64,000 bases of DNA from assembly GCA_038087875.1 (NCBI GenBank), contig CM075990.1:12216001-12280000 (forward strand), given 5' to 3'. The stretch comes from Malacoraja senta. Taxonomy: Eukaryota. Of the stretch, positions 1-12,467 are shown piece after piece. Numbering within the stretch: position 1 is the first letter of the stretch; each line of letters starts with the position of its first letter. The translations under genes and the position numbers were made by a program. The notes beneath the pieces were generated by a model that was not told the origin of the DNA, did not search any database, and saw only the letters and a program-made list of their open reading frames with translations.

Positions 1-544
1 AGTCATTAGACTGGATTAATGCTGTTGGAGCAGCCAGTATAAATGTCCTTAAACATCCTCGGGATGGTATTAACCCGTGCAATTTACAGTCTGTGAGTGA
101 AGCTCCACGGAGCATCACTGATTGACATCAATCTGACATTCTGGATATAAGTGGTCTTTTTTTTACACTAAGTGTATGCCTCGACAAAGTGAAAGGAGCT
201 GCATGTATAATGGAGCTTTCAGGCAGACTAATAAACAAATACTCATCAGTCTGGAGAAGGGTCTCGACCCGAAACGTCACCAATCCCTTCTCTCCAGAGA
301 TGCTGCCTGTCCCGCTGAGTTACTCCAGCATTTTGTGTCTACCTTTGGTTTAAACCAGCATCTGCCGTTCTTTCCTACACACAAGTACTCCCTTCAGCCA
401 TAGCCTTATTTTCTCATGCATTTGTAAATATTGAACATAGTACCCCTCCCGTCCCACCTTCCCCCTCCCCTCATTCCATCACTCACGCGAGACATCGCTT
501 TAAATTTTTTTTAAAGTAATCACAAAGTGCTTTTTGCTCAAGGA

Positions 545-843
545 GGCCCAGCGGTAGAGTTGCTGCCTCACAGCGCCAGAGACCCAGGTTCGATCCTGAC
601 TACGGGTGCTGCCTGTACGGAGTTTGTACGTTCGCCCCATGACATGCGTGGGTTTTCTCCGAGATCTCCGGTTTCCTTTCACACTCCAAAGACGTACAGG
701 TTTGTAGGATAATTGGCTTGGTATAAATGTAAATTGACCCTAGTGTGTGGAGTACAGTGCTAGTATGCAGGGATCGCTGGCCAGCGTGGACTCTGTGAGC
801 CGAAGGGCCTGTTTCCGCTCTATATCTCTAAACTAAACTAAAT
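545..843 (+). mobile_element. HE1/V-SINE-like tRNA-derived SINE
   Basis: tRNA-like head (gcccagcggtagag...ggttcgatcc), conserved body (gagtttgtacgttc...gtgggttttctcc), CR1-like tail (gggcctgtttcc) and (CTAAA)n end. Confidence 0.85.
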
Positions 844-2566
844 TAACTGGCTGGAGTAACTCAACGGGTCAGACAGCATCTCTGGAGAAAAAGAATAGGT
901 AACGTTTTGGGTCGAGACCCTTCTTCAGACTTCTAACTGGGCCCCCTGGTCCTCATCCATTGTTAGTGATCGTGGTTTCAAGATAGGGAACGATTGGCAA
1001 AAATACTTCAGTAATTTCCCTTGAATGGTTTTATGGGATCCTCCACAGGCATGGGGACTGTGTTAGTGACCCTTAGCAGCATCCTAGCTGGGGCCTTGAG
1101 TGGCTGATACGGACATTGCTGTCACCTTGCCTTGTCAATGGCACCACATGAAATTCCAATTATAGCTGAACCAAAATAATTAGTTGTCGACGCAAGGAAC
1201 TGCAGCTGCTGGTTTACTGAAGAAAACACAAAGTGCAGAATAACTCAGTGGGTCAGGCCACATCTCCGGAGTGACTTTTGAGGTCGGGACACTTCTTCAG
1301 AATAATTGTATGGGGGGGGGGGGGGGGGTGGGAAAGCTGGAAGAGAGGTAGGGCTCTTGTCCCGCCCCCACCCCTCTTCCACCCCCCCCCCCCTCACAAC
1401 AATCAGTCTGGCTGGAAAAGTAGCCCATCCACGTTCTCCAGAGATCCTACCTGACTCGCTGAGTTACTGCAGCATTTGTGTCTTTTCAAGATAACTAATT
1501 GTTTGATATGCTGTCCAGAATAATGTCTACATTGGACTTGTGTCGCTGGCTGTAATTCACATGCGACTTTATAATTTGTTAGGTCATCCCAATTGCTTGA
1601 TGTAAATTGTACTTGGCAAGTGATAACTCAATATTCTTGGAGAGAATTGCTGGAGGCATTGGTTTGAGCGAAAATAAAACTGTTTGAGGTTTTGCATTTC
1701 AATTCACCCAGTAATCTGCTGTAACCCACTCGTGTCCTGGCTCCTGCTCCAAGCTGCTCCTGACCCAACAGCTCCCCACTGGCTAACTCCCCCTCCAAAA
1801 CATTTGGATTAAAATGACTGCTGCGATCTACTGGGAATAAAGGCTGGGAATCAAGGGATATGGGGAGAAAGCAGGAACGGGGCGCTGATTTTGGATGATC
1901 AACCATGATCATATTGAATGGCGGTGCTGGCTCGAAGGGCCGAATGGCCTACTCCTGCACCTATTTTCAATGTTTCTATATTACTCTATGACTAGACACG
2001 GAAGTGTTCCAAGATCTCCGTAGCCGTGCTGGGGACGGGTGAGTGCAACTGTGCAGGGAGTTTGTTATCCAGAAGGTTGTGGGTTCAAGCCCCAATGTCA
2101 AGTTGCAGACTGACTGACTCCTGCACTTCACCTGCTGCACTGTCGGAGACACCATGCCATGGAGGATCCTCTGTAACTGAGAGTGTTGGTCAGCAATTTG
2201 GGAGTCAGATCTCTGGAGTGGAGTGTCTATGAACACAGAAACACTCCGCAGCTAAGGTAGTGACTGTCAACGAAGGAACATGAATCGCGCATCAGTTAGT
2301 GACATAAAACACACTTTTGTAGGTGGTTCAGAAGAGGTTTTGCTACTTTTTCCATTATTTCAATTGATTTTAATAATATTTTAATTTACATTGGAAAAAT
2401 ATTTTAACAAATTAAATCATTTTTAAGTTTTGAGATTTCAACTATTCATCGTCTATGGTCAATAAACACTGTATAAAGAAATGGAATGGCCGAGTGCAGC
2501 CCAAGATGTCCAGTCACCAACAGGGTGGTCGGTGGATAGAGTCTCGGGACCCACCTGAGAGCTCTA

Positions 2567-2830
2567 TGATTGCCCCGCCCCCCAGTGTTGCCCCACCTCC
2601 CAGTGTTGCCCCGCCCCACCAGGGTTGCCCCGCCTCCCCGAATTGCCCCGCCCCCGTTGCCCCGCCTCCCTATGTTGCTCCGCCCACGGTTGTCCCGCCT
2701 CCCTATGTTGCTCTGCCCATGGTTGTCCCGCCTCCCAGTGTTGCCCCGCCTCCCCAGTGGTGTTCCCCCTGCCCCCTCTAGCTCCACCTACCAGTGATGC
2801 TCCGCCTCCCCATTGCCCCGCCCCAAGCGT
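2567..2830. repeat. GC-rich minisatellite, ~18-bp unit (TGTTGCCCCGCCTCCCAG-like)
   Basis: About 12-14 degenerate tandem units; explains the Pro/Gly-rich ORFs in all frames. Confidence 0.9.
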
Positions 2831-3189
2831 TGCCATGGCAGTGAGATCATGGCCGCCATAGCTAGGTGCCAGTGAAGGTAGAAGCAAGGAGCTGCAGATA
2901 CTGGTTTACAACCAAAGATACAAAGTGCTGGATACTTTGGATACCTCAACGGGTCAGGCAACCTCTCTGGCGAACATGGAATGGTGACATTTTGGGTCAC
3001 GCCCCTTCTTCAGACTGATTGTGGTGGAGGAGGGTTTGGAAAGAAAGCTGGAAGGGAGAGAGGAGGGGCAGGTCAAAGCCTGGCAACTAACAGGTGGTTT
3101 CAGGTGAGGGGGAGAGATGGGAGGGGAGGTAAAGCTGGGGTTTAAATAACCTGAATAGAGCACAATTCTACCTTTTGTTTAACATTGAG

Positions 3190-5084
3190 TAGGAATATTT
3201 TAAAAATTTGAGATTTTTAAAATCAAGCCTGTAATTTATCCCATCAGATAAAGCATAAAAAGAACTTTAATTTGACACCTAATTCACTTTCAGATCTTCA
3301 GTATTAAAATAGTTATGGCCATTTTCATACTCGGAAATTAGCATCTTGTTCCCTATTGCTTTTCCATTGACTTAACACAAAAGCTGTGATCGACGACAGT
3401 CAAAAGCCCATAACGTTCTTAAAAATTAAGAGAACTGAATGAAATTTTCAGTTATTATAGATTGAAGCATTCTGAAACAAATATAAAACATCTTGCTTGG
3501 ATGGCCTGAAATTAAAGCATATAATTAGTTAGTTAACTAATTGTAGCTAATTACAAAATTGACCGTTGTGACGGAAATAGTAATAAACACCCAGACTGCC
3601 TTGAAAATTCAAAAATGTGATATTCTCAAGATCAGAACTTTAATATTATTGTATTATATGCTGTAAGTCCGTAACAGACAGGTAAAGAAATTACAATTTC
3701 TAGCAAAAGACCAAGTCTTTATGGAGAAGATCAGTTGCTAGCTGGTACATTGGCATATCATAATCAGTAGCATCATCATACTCCTCAGATTGTAACCAAT
3801 AAGCAACTCTGTACACCTTGTTTTTCCTCAACTTTTCAATTTTGGCATTGTAAACTACAAGTTTTTGCTCTTCAAACCACGCATTACATGCCTTTCTGCC
3901 CACTACTTTCCCATTAAGAATGTCCTGTAGATCATCACATTTGGAGTAGTCCAAATTCAGATAATCTCTGCAAATGCTGTCTAAATCAGTCTCTTTTGCT
4001 GGGCATTTGGATTGACAATTTTGCATTTCTTCTTCGGAGACATCTGTTTAAAATGTAAAGGAAAAAAAACACTGAACAGCATTAACAGAAACAAGTTATT
4101 ATTTGCAGTTTTAGAAAAAAGGTAGAAATGATCAAGTTAAACGCTAAAACAAATAGTAAATACCCAACAAAAATTTCATATTCATCAGTTTCATCAAATT
4201 AATTAAATTCATCTAATCAATTAAATTCATCTAAATTCAATTAGTAGATCTAAACATCTATCCATTTCTTAAGAAAAGGCAAAAAACTTTAAATCGCCTA
4301 AGTATCCAAATAACAAACTAATCCCATTCACACAAGAATTCACAATATAACATGATTTTTAAATCTCACTGTCATGAACTTATATGCAAAAATGGAAGGA
4401 ATTTAATATTTAATTCCCATAAATTAATCTAAAAACATCCACCGTCAATATAATCAAAATATTATTTTTTGCACAATAGATGTAACTAAAACTGTTGTGG
4501 ATATTTAATATTAAAATATTCAATATGGATAGACAATAACACAAAATATCGACGATTTAGAAGTTCTTATGACATGATTGTCGAAAAAAATGAGGATTTA
4601 AATCATCTTGCGAGCGGGTTTTTCTGGAATGCGATCGATTGGAACGTTGCCGTTGCCGTGAATTTTAAGCCCATATCGGCAGGCAAGACATGGCCGAATC
4701 GTTTGGGGACTAAATAACATTTTTGCATCATAAAATTAGACTAAAGCCACCCCAAGAAGCAAGATTATAAGTGAAATAGACGACTTATCCTTTGTTTTGT
4801 CCTGATATTGCGATCCATCACGTTGAAGGCGTTGAAGGCGTTAGAAGTCGCTTTTTACTTTAATCCAACGATTAAATTGTTCAGCGATTAAAAAAAAAAA
4901 ACGAGAACGGAAGTCCGATCGATTTTTCTTCATCGACTAGCAGCCCGAGGAAATCCCTCTCTGACAAGCGATACAAACCTGCATTTTAATCCCGTCCCCC
5001 CCACCCCTCAAAGGCTCCAGAGTCGCGCACACAGCCAGTGGCAGAACTGCAGCACCGCTGGAGGTAGGTTTTGTAACATCGCTA
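3190..5084 (-). mobile_element. Non-autonomous cut-and-paste DNA transposon, hAT-like (possibly hATw-type)
   Basis: 7-bp direct repeat CATTGAG at 3183-3189 and 5085-5091. TAG...CTA termini with degenerate TIR (TAGGAATATTTTAAAA vs TAGCGATGTTACAAAA, 11/16). Internal coding remnant. Confidence 0.6.
3700..4043 (-). pseudogene. Terminal coding exon retained in the transposon (probable transposase or accessory protein C-terminus)
   Basis: Open frame DVSEEEMQNC...VGRKACNAWF...YRVAYW...LATDLLHKDLVFC*, preceded on the minus strand by a strong acceptor ttttttttcctttacattttaaacAG. Confidence 0.55.
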
Positions 5085-5624
5085 CATTGAGGACCTTTTA
5101 TCAAACTTGGAATCAATATCACTAACTATAGGGCCGAGGGGAAGAGAAAGGAATAAATAAAATATATGTGTGTTTCAATAAAGGATGAAAGTGATTAAAA
5201 ACAAAACAAGTGGGATCATGGAAATGATTTCCAGTATATTTTTTGTTCACATAAAGTGCTGGAGTAAGTCAGTAGGTCAGGCAGCATCTCTGGAGAACAT
5301 GGCTACAAGTCGGGATCCTTCTTCAGACTGATGGGTGATGTTTTAGGTTGCCTCCCTCCTTGCTTTTGTTCACGTCTTCATAGTTAAACTGGACTATGCG
5401 ATCAGGCAACCGAAACATAGCATTGCTCTGATTCCAAATCCATTGCATTAAACACTTCAGCTCACTTCAAAATCCTTGATTAGTTGAACACATCGCAAGG
5501 TAACAGCTGCCGTTGCAGTAGTCTCAGTCTAGTGAAAGAAGATGGGTAGTGGAAAGTGTTGAATGTTTTTAGCTGGACCATCCATCTTGGGGCAGGTAAC
5601 ATTCTGGGCTGTTTATTTCCACAG

Positions 5625-5737
5625 GGAACACCAACAGCATCTTTGCCCTCGACTACATCAGTGGAGCTCTGACTCTCAGTGGACCTCTGGATCGAGAAAA
5701 CCCCCTGTACAGCTCGGGATTTACGTTGACTGTGAGG
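5625..5737 (+). CDS. CDH23: Cadherin-23 internal coding exon (EC3), 113 nt
   Basis: Acceptor tttatttccacAG, donor GTGAGT. Translates (G)NTNSIFALDYISGALTLSGPLDRENPLYSSGFTLTVR, close to recalled vertebrate CDH23 (GNTNSIFALDYISGVLTLNGLLDRENPLYSHGFILTVK). Contains the LDRE Ca2+ motif. Confidence 0.95.
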
Positions 5738-6061
5738 GTGAGTGTCTCCAGTTTGGAGTTTTCCTTCAAAAAAAGGGGCCAGGATAAATTGGTTACGTTC
5801 CGTGCCGGAGAATCGCGCAGTCCACCCACCTCACCACTGCTGCAGCACGCAGAGGGGAACAAAATGAATGCAATGTTTTTCCGCAAAGTCTGCCTGCGAT
5901 GTCTAGATTGTCCTTCATAGAGTGGGGTAAACATATAAACAGGTTTCAGAATTGATTGAGGTCTACTTTCTACTCTGATTAATCGCACTGTAACATTTAG
6001 TTGTATTTCAAGATACGTTTGCAGTGTAACATGATTAAAACTGGGTGCTCCTAACGTACTG

Positions 6062-6299
6062 GGCGGCATGGTGGTGCAGCGGTAGAGTTACTGCCTTACA
6101 GCGCTTGCAGTGCCTGAGACCTGGGTATGATTCCGACTACGGGTGCTGTCCGTACGGAGTTTGTACATTCTCCCCGTGACCGCGTGGGTTTTCTCCGAGT
6201 TCTTCGGTTTCCTCCAACACTCCAAAGACGTACAGGTTTGTAGGTTAATTGCCTTGGTATAATTGTAAATTCTCCCAAGTGCGTGGGTAGGACAGTGTT
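6062..6299 (+). mobile_element. HE1-like SINE, 5' part (continues at 12663-12738 after the L1)
   Basis: The SINE consensus resumes exactly after the second TSD copy. Confidence 0.85.
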
Positions 6300-6615
6300 T
6301 TTTTTAAATATTTTAATTTTATTAGAAGTAAGTACAATTGTATACAATCATATTTTCATAATACATTTTATGTACAGCTTCTTATTTTTTTTTTATAATA
6401 AAGAAGAAAAATAAAAAGAAGTTAGATAATGAAGTATAGAAAAAATGTGAGATATATAGTGTGTGGAAAAGAAAAATAGAAAGTGAAAGAAGAAAGTTAA
6501 AGAATAGAAAATAGGAAAAAGAGAATAAAATAAGTAAAAGGAAGAAAAAGAAAAAAGAACTAAGGAGATCTTATTTATAATCTTGACCATCCCTCGCCCA
6601 GTCACGAGTTAGCTT

Positions 6616-9600
6616 TTACAATTGTGTTGCACCATATGATTCCAAAAAGACGACAAATGGAGACCAACTCGTTGTGAATTGGTCAAATTTATCTATTAGG
6701 AGGAATCGCATTTCCTCAAGATGTGCGGTGTCCAACATACTTGCAATCCACATTTTGAGCGTTGGTATTGGTGTTTTTTTCCAAAATTTAAGTATTAATT
6801 TTTTTGCTATTAAACCATAATTAAAAAATAATTTTTGAGATGGATTCAGTTTATTCCCATCTTCCATTACCCCAAATATAATCAATTCATTATTAGGTTC
6901 CATTTTTATCTTAAATAATTTTGTGAATATTTCAAAAATATCACTCCAAAATCTGTAAAGTTGTATACAGGAAACAAAAGAGTGTGTTATAGTTGCATCT
7001 TGGGTTAAACATTTATCGCAAGTGGGGAATATATTTGGGTAAAATTTATTTAATCTTGTTTTTGAGTAATATAATCTATGTAAAATTTTAAATTGAATTA
7101 GATTATGTCTTGCATTAATCGAACATTTGTGAATGTATGTCAAATACTTTTCCCATGTAACCTTCGTAATTTTAATATTAATTCCCGTTCCCACTCTTCT
7201 CTAATTACTTCTGTCGCTGGTAAATCTATATTTAAAATACTATTATATAAATATGATATTAACTTTTGTGTATCAGCTTTAATATTCATTACTTCTTCCA
7301 ATAAATCAGGAATTATTTTTTGATATCCTTGTATGTATGTCTTCAGGAAATTGCAAATCTGAAAATATTTAAAATAATGATTGTTTTTCAATTTAAATTT
7401 TAATTGTAATTGTTGAAATGATAGTAAATCTCCCATTTCATACATGTCCCCGATCCTTTTAATTCCTAACCTTTCCCATTGATTATATATTTTGTCCATA
7501 AGAGATGGTTTAAATAAAGGATTATTCGCTATTGGTGTTAACAATGATAGGTTTCTTAATTTTAAGGATAATTTTATTTGTTTCCATATTCTTATTGTAT
7601 CCTGTATAATTGGGTTCTTCTTATATATTGTATTGTTCATTTTTTTCGGGGAGAAGAGGATTGTTCCTATATTACAAGGGAAACAATCCTCTTTCTCCAT
7701 TTTTATCCATTCTGTCTGTTGGGTAGAACTATCCAACCAATAAATTATATTTTTAATATATATTGCCCAATAGTAATACAGAAAATTCGGGAGTGAAAGT
7801 CCCCCGACATCTTTTGGTTTACATAAGTGTTGTTTTTTAATTCTATGTGATTTATAGTCCCAGACAAAATTAGTAGTATTAGAGTTTAATTTAGAAAAAA
7901 AATATTTTGGTACATATACTGGTATAGACTGAAATAGGTATAATAACTCTGGTAGAAAGATCATTTTTATAGCGTTTATTCTACCTATTAATGATAAAGG
8001 AAGTGTTTTCCAAAATTTAATCATTATATTAAGTTTATTTATTAAAGGTATAAAATTGACATTGAATAAAGCTTTATGTTTTCTAGTAATCTGAATACCC
8101 AGATATTTAAATTTTTCTGTTGCTATTTTAAAGGGGAACTTCAGTAAGTGTGTAGATTCTTGAGGTTTTAACGTCATGATTTCACTTTTGTTCCAATTTA
8201 TTCTATATCCAGAAAAGGACCCAAATTCCTCTATTAAGTTTAATAAATTTGGTATGCTCGTTTGTGCGTTTGTTATATATAACAGAATATCGTCTGCATA
8301 TAATGAAATTTTATTATTTGAGTCCCTAGTATTATAACCCTGAATATTCGGATGGCTTCTTATACTTTCAGCCAAAGGTTCTATCATAAAGGCAAATAGC
8401 AGGGGTGATAAAGCACATCCCTGCCTATTACCCCTTGATAATTGAAATTTTTGAGATAACATACTATTAGTTAATATTCTTGCCATCGGTTTATCATATA
8501 ATAATTTCACCCATGTAATAAAATTCTCTCCCATATTAAATTTTTGTAATACTTTGTATAAATACTGCCATTCTACCTGATCAAATGCTTTCTCTGCGTC
8601 CAAAGAAATAATTGATATGTCTTCTTCCTCCACTTTATGTGAGTACATTATATTAAACAGGCGTCTCAAATTATTAAATGAATATCTTTTGGGGTATAAA
8701 CCCCGTTTGATCAGGGTTTATCAATTTACTAATATATTTGCTTAGTCTTCTGGCTAGAGTCTTTGCTAAAATTTTCTGATCTGTATTTAAAAGTGATATA
8801 GCTCTATATGAGCCCGGGTCCTCTAGATCTTTATCTTTCTTTGGAATAAGTGTGATAGCTGATTCTGCTAATGTTTCAGGTAGTTTATTTTCTTTAAAAG
8901 CGTGAGTATATAAATTAAATAAATAGGGAGTCGTTATCTCATGAAATTTTTAATAAAATTCATTACTAAAACCGTCTGGTCCCGGTGTCTTACCATTTTT
9001 CAACGATTTTATTGTTTCACCTATTTCTTCGAATGTAATTTGCGCTCCGAGTTCCTCTTGTTCCAAAAGGTCAAGTTTTGGAAGATTACAATTATCTAAA
9101 AAATATATAATTTTACTATCTTCTATTTTAGTTTTTGATGTATATAAATTTTGATAAAATTGAGCAAATCTTTTATTAATATCTTTAGGTAGTATTAGTA
9201 ATTCACCATTCTCTGATTTAATTTTGTTTATAGTATTTTCTTTTTCTTGTTTTTTCAGTTGGCGCGCTAACAGCTTATGTGGTTTATCATCAAACTCAAA
9301 ATGTTCCTGTTTTGTAATTTGGAATAATCTTATTACTCTTGCCGAGAGAATTCGATTAAGTTTAAATTTCAGTAATATTATCTTATTATGTTTATCTATA
9401 GTGGAATCTTTAGCATTATCTAACTCTAACTGTCTTATTTCTTGTTCTAACAACATTTGTTCTGTTTTATTCTTTTTATTTTGAAAAATTTCATATGAAA
9501 TTATAATTCCTCTAATAAATGCTTTAAAAGTTTCCCATAGTAAAGAAGGCGAGGTATCTGGTGTATCATTTATCTCAAAAAATAATTTAATTTGTTGTTT

Positions 9601-10422
9601 TAAGTATTGATAACCTTGTAAGTCATTTAAGATATATGTATTAAACCTCCAAAAAAAGTTTTTACCCGGCATTCCCTCAAATTTTACTGAAAGAGTCAAC
9701 GGAGAGTGATCAGAAATACTACTAATGTGGTATGTTGGATTAATTGTATATGGCATTAATTTCATATCCACTAAAAAATAATCGATTCTTGAATATGTTT
9801 TATGTACCGAAGAGTAAAACGAATAATCCCTTCCTACTGGATTAGCAGATCTCCATACATCTGTTATATTAGTATTTTTTATATATGTATTTAGAAGTTC
9901 ACTAGTCTTAGATTTTAAATTACTCCTTCTTTGTTTTACTGATTTGTCTAAGTATGGATCTAAAACACAGTTGAAATTCCCCCCTATTATCACATTTTGA
10001 TAATTAAACTCTAATATTTTATCTATGATTTCATCAAAAAATTGAGGGTTATCAAAATTCGGAGTGTAAATATTTATCATAGTTATTGGGGTAGCATAAA
10101 TTTCTCCCGAAACTATGATGTACCTTCCCTCTTTATCTGATATAGTATTCTTTAATTTAAAAGGTATACCTTTTCGAATAAGAATAGCCATACCTCTAGA
10201 TTTAGAAGTAAATGATGAATAATATGTTTGACCTATCCACTTCGCCTTTAATCTCATTTGTGTTTGCTGTTTCATGTGGGTTTCTTGCAAGTAAATTATG
10301 TCGCTTTTCAAAGATTTTAGGTGAGCAAAAATTTTACCCCTCTTTATTGGTTCATTGGCACCCCTTATATTCCAACTACAGAATGTGATTCCTCCATTCT
10401 TTATTTGTCTATCGTCTTGCAT
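6616..10422 (-). pseudogene. L1 ORF2 (APE endonuclease, RT, C-terminal Cys domain), disrupted
   Basis: EN motifs SWNIRG, LQETH, SRIDY, SDHSP; RT motifs LDAEKAFD, QGCALSP, YADD; C-terminal CDKC..H..C. In-frame TAA at 8950-8952 and frameshifts near 8690 and 7165-7190. Confidence 0.92.
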
Positions 10423-11384
10423 TGTATATCAAAGTAGTATTCTTGAATCATATGGTGCAAACAAATACCTCAGAATTCTGGGTAGTCATTCCAAGTTTTA
10501 AAGTTTATATTACATCTCCTTCTCCAAAAGTACCTTAGATAAAGAAAGAAAAATTGTGATTTAAAGTTGATTACACAAAAACTAAGCAAATACAAATTTA
10601 TATAGTGATTTTTAAAAAAAAGTGAAGTTAAGGTATCTAAGAGAAGATACCTTAAAGACAAATAGCCACCTAAGGTGGCAAAAAATGTATGGACTTCCAT
10701 TGGTGTTATTTTACATTGAACTCCAATCCCTTATTAACACCTCATAAAAAACTACAGACCGTCTCATATCTTGTTTATTCTTATTTAAATTTATCAAACT
10801 AGCACTAGTAAAAAGCAAAAAGACAGAGAAAAAATATAAAAAAGTAAAAAGAATAAAAAATAAAAACCAAATATAAAACACAACATATTCTCAGTTCTAT
10901 AAGTATTTATACCTTTCCAATTTATCTAACCAACTACCATACGAGCAGGTACCGAGGGGTTAACCTCATTCCTGGATCTTTTCCAAGTTTATGTTGCGTT
11001 CCCACACAAGAAAAATACATTAGTAATATTATAGACATTTTGGTTAATTACTATTTATAAGCAATGGTTTATTCATGATTTGTTCATATTTACTACATAC
11101 ACTCACAAATCATTAGTATTATTAAATTTGTTAAATTAGTTGGTTAATTATAATTAGAATATAATAGTTAGATATTTTCTTAAATCAAGTTAGTATTAAT
11201 ATTATCTCATCCATGTTCCTTATACAGTATCTTCAACATCCTTTTGTTTATCTTTGTGCTTTTCATTCAAGGTGAAACATGGACAATGTTCTCAAATACA
11301 CATTCCAGACAGATAAGCTCGGTAACTGTCTGGAAAAATCCACCATCTTAGCCAGTTCCAACTCTATCTTAAAAGTTAAAAAAT

Positions 11385-12467
11385 TCAATGTTCCTCCTCT
11401 TCGACATCTTCTTCCGATGTTTTCGATGCTTTTCTCACGATATCTTCTGCATACTTAAATGCTTTTTCGGGATCCATAAATGAGCGCTCAGTTCCGTTAT
11501 AAGTAATTTTCATTTTTGCTGGGAAGACCACCCCATATCTGACCTTGGATATTCCTCCCAGTATGTTTCTTGTCTGTGTAAACAAGTTCCTTCTCTGGAC
11601 GACCTCCGGAGGATAATCACGGAAAAATCGAATATTATCCCCACGATATGTCAAATTCTCCCCATGAACAATCTTATTCAGTATAAATTCCACTGAAGAA
11701 ATATCGAGAAATTTCACAATTATCTGTCTTGGAGCAGCATTTATGCCTCTTGAGACACGTCCAACTCGGTGAACAATATCTATTCTTAATTCTTCCGGCA
11801 GTTTAAAAACATCTTTGAGTAAGTCAGCAACAAAAGTACGTGTTTGAGATACATGTCCTTCTCGCCCTTCTCTTACTCCAACAATTCTCAAATTCTGCCT
11901 TCTCGATCTCGCTTCCAAGTCCAAACATTTGTCAGTCATCCTTGCAAGTTTTTCTTCTTCAGCTTTCTTTGATTTTTTCAAACTATTTATTTCCGTAATC
12001 ATCTCTTTCATATAATTTTCCATCTCTTCCATTCTCTCAGCAATGTCGCCCATCTTAGCATTTACACCAGTAAATTTCTTATTATAATCATTTTCGATTC
12101 TAACAAATTCTGATTTAAGTTTTTTATCAAACTCATTATGTTGCTTCTTCAGCTCCTTTAACTCAGCACAAGCACCATCAATTTTATGAGAGAATAGCTC
12201 CATATTAGTCTCCATACTCTGCATCTTAATCTCCATACTCTGCATCTTTTCCAGTGTTGTATTAATTGTAGCAGTCATATCTAAAAGCATTTGCTTTACC
12301 TCCTTCTCCTTCTTTTCTCCTTTTGCAGCCATTTCCAGCACAGCTCCTTGGCTGTAAGACTCTTCTTCTGAGCCTTCTTCTGTTGTTTGCAGAGTATCCA
12401 ACACTTTTTCAAGCTGGAGACTTATAGTAGATTTCTTGGGTGCTCTGGAGCTTTTCTCTCTTCTCAT
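11385..12467 (-). CDS. L1 ORF1p (coiled coil + RRM + CTD), intact 360 aa
   Basis: Long heptad region followed by DLEARSRRQNLRIVGVRE, HRV, PRQIIVKF, IRFFRDYP and FPAKMKI motifs typical of L1 ORF1. Confidence 0.9.
   Translation of the reverse strand: MRREKSSRAPKKSTISLQLEKVLDTLQTTEEGSEEESYSQGAVLEMAAKGEKKEKEVKQMLLDMTATINTTLEKMQSMEIKMQSMETNMELFSHKIDGACAELKELKKQHNEFDKKLKSEFVRIENDYNKKFTGVNAKMGDIAERMEEMENYMKEMITEINSLKKSKKAEEEKLARMTDKCLDLEARSRRQNLRIVGVREGREGHVSQTRTFVADLLKDVFKLPEELRIDIVHRVGRVSRGINAAPRQIIVKFLDISSVEFILNKIVHGENLTYRGDNIRFFRDYPPEVVQRRNLFTQTRNILGGISKVRYGVVFPAKMKITYNGTERSFMDPEKAFKYAEDIVRKASKTSEEDVEEEEH

Noticed and set aside
545..610. tRNA-like A/B boxes (also at other SINE heads)
   Set aside because: These are SINE heads continuing into SINE bodies, not complete tRNA cloverleaves.
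2446..2887. Pro-rich and Gly/Arg-rich ORFs in several frames
   Set aside because: Artefact of an 18-bp GC-rich minisatellite; no splice or protein-family support.
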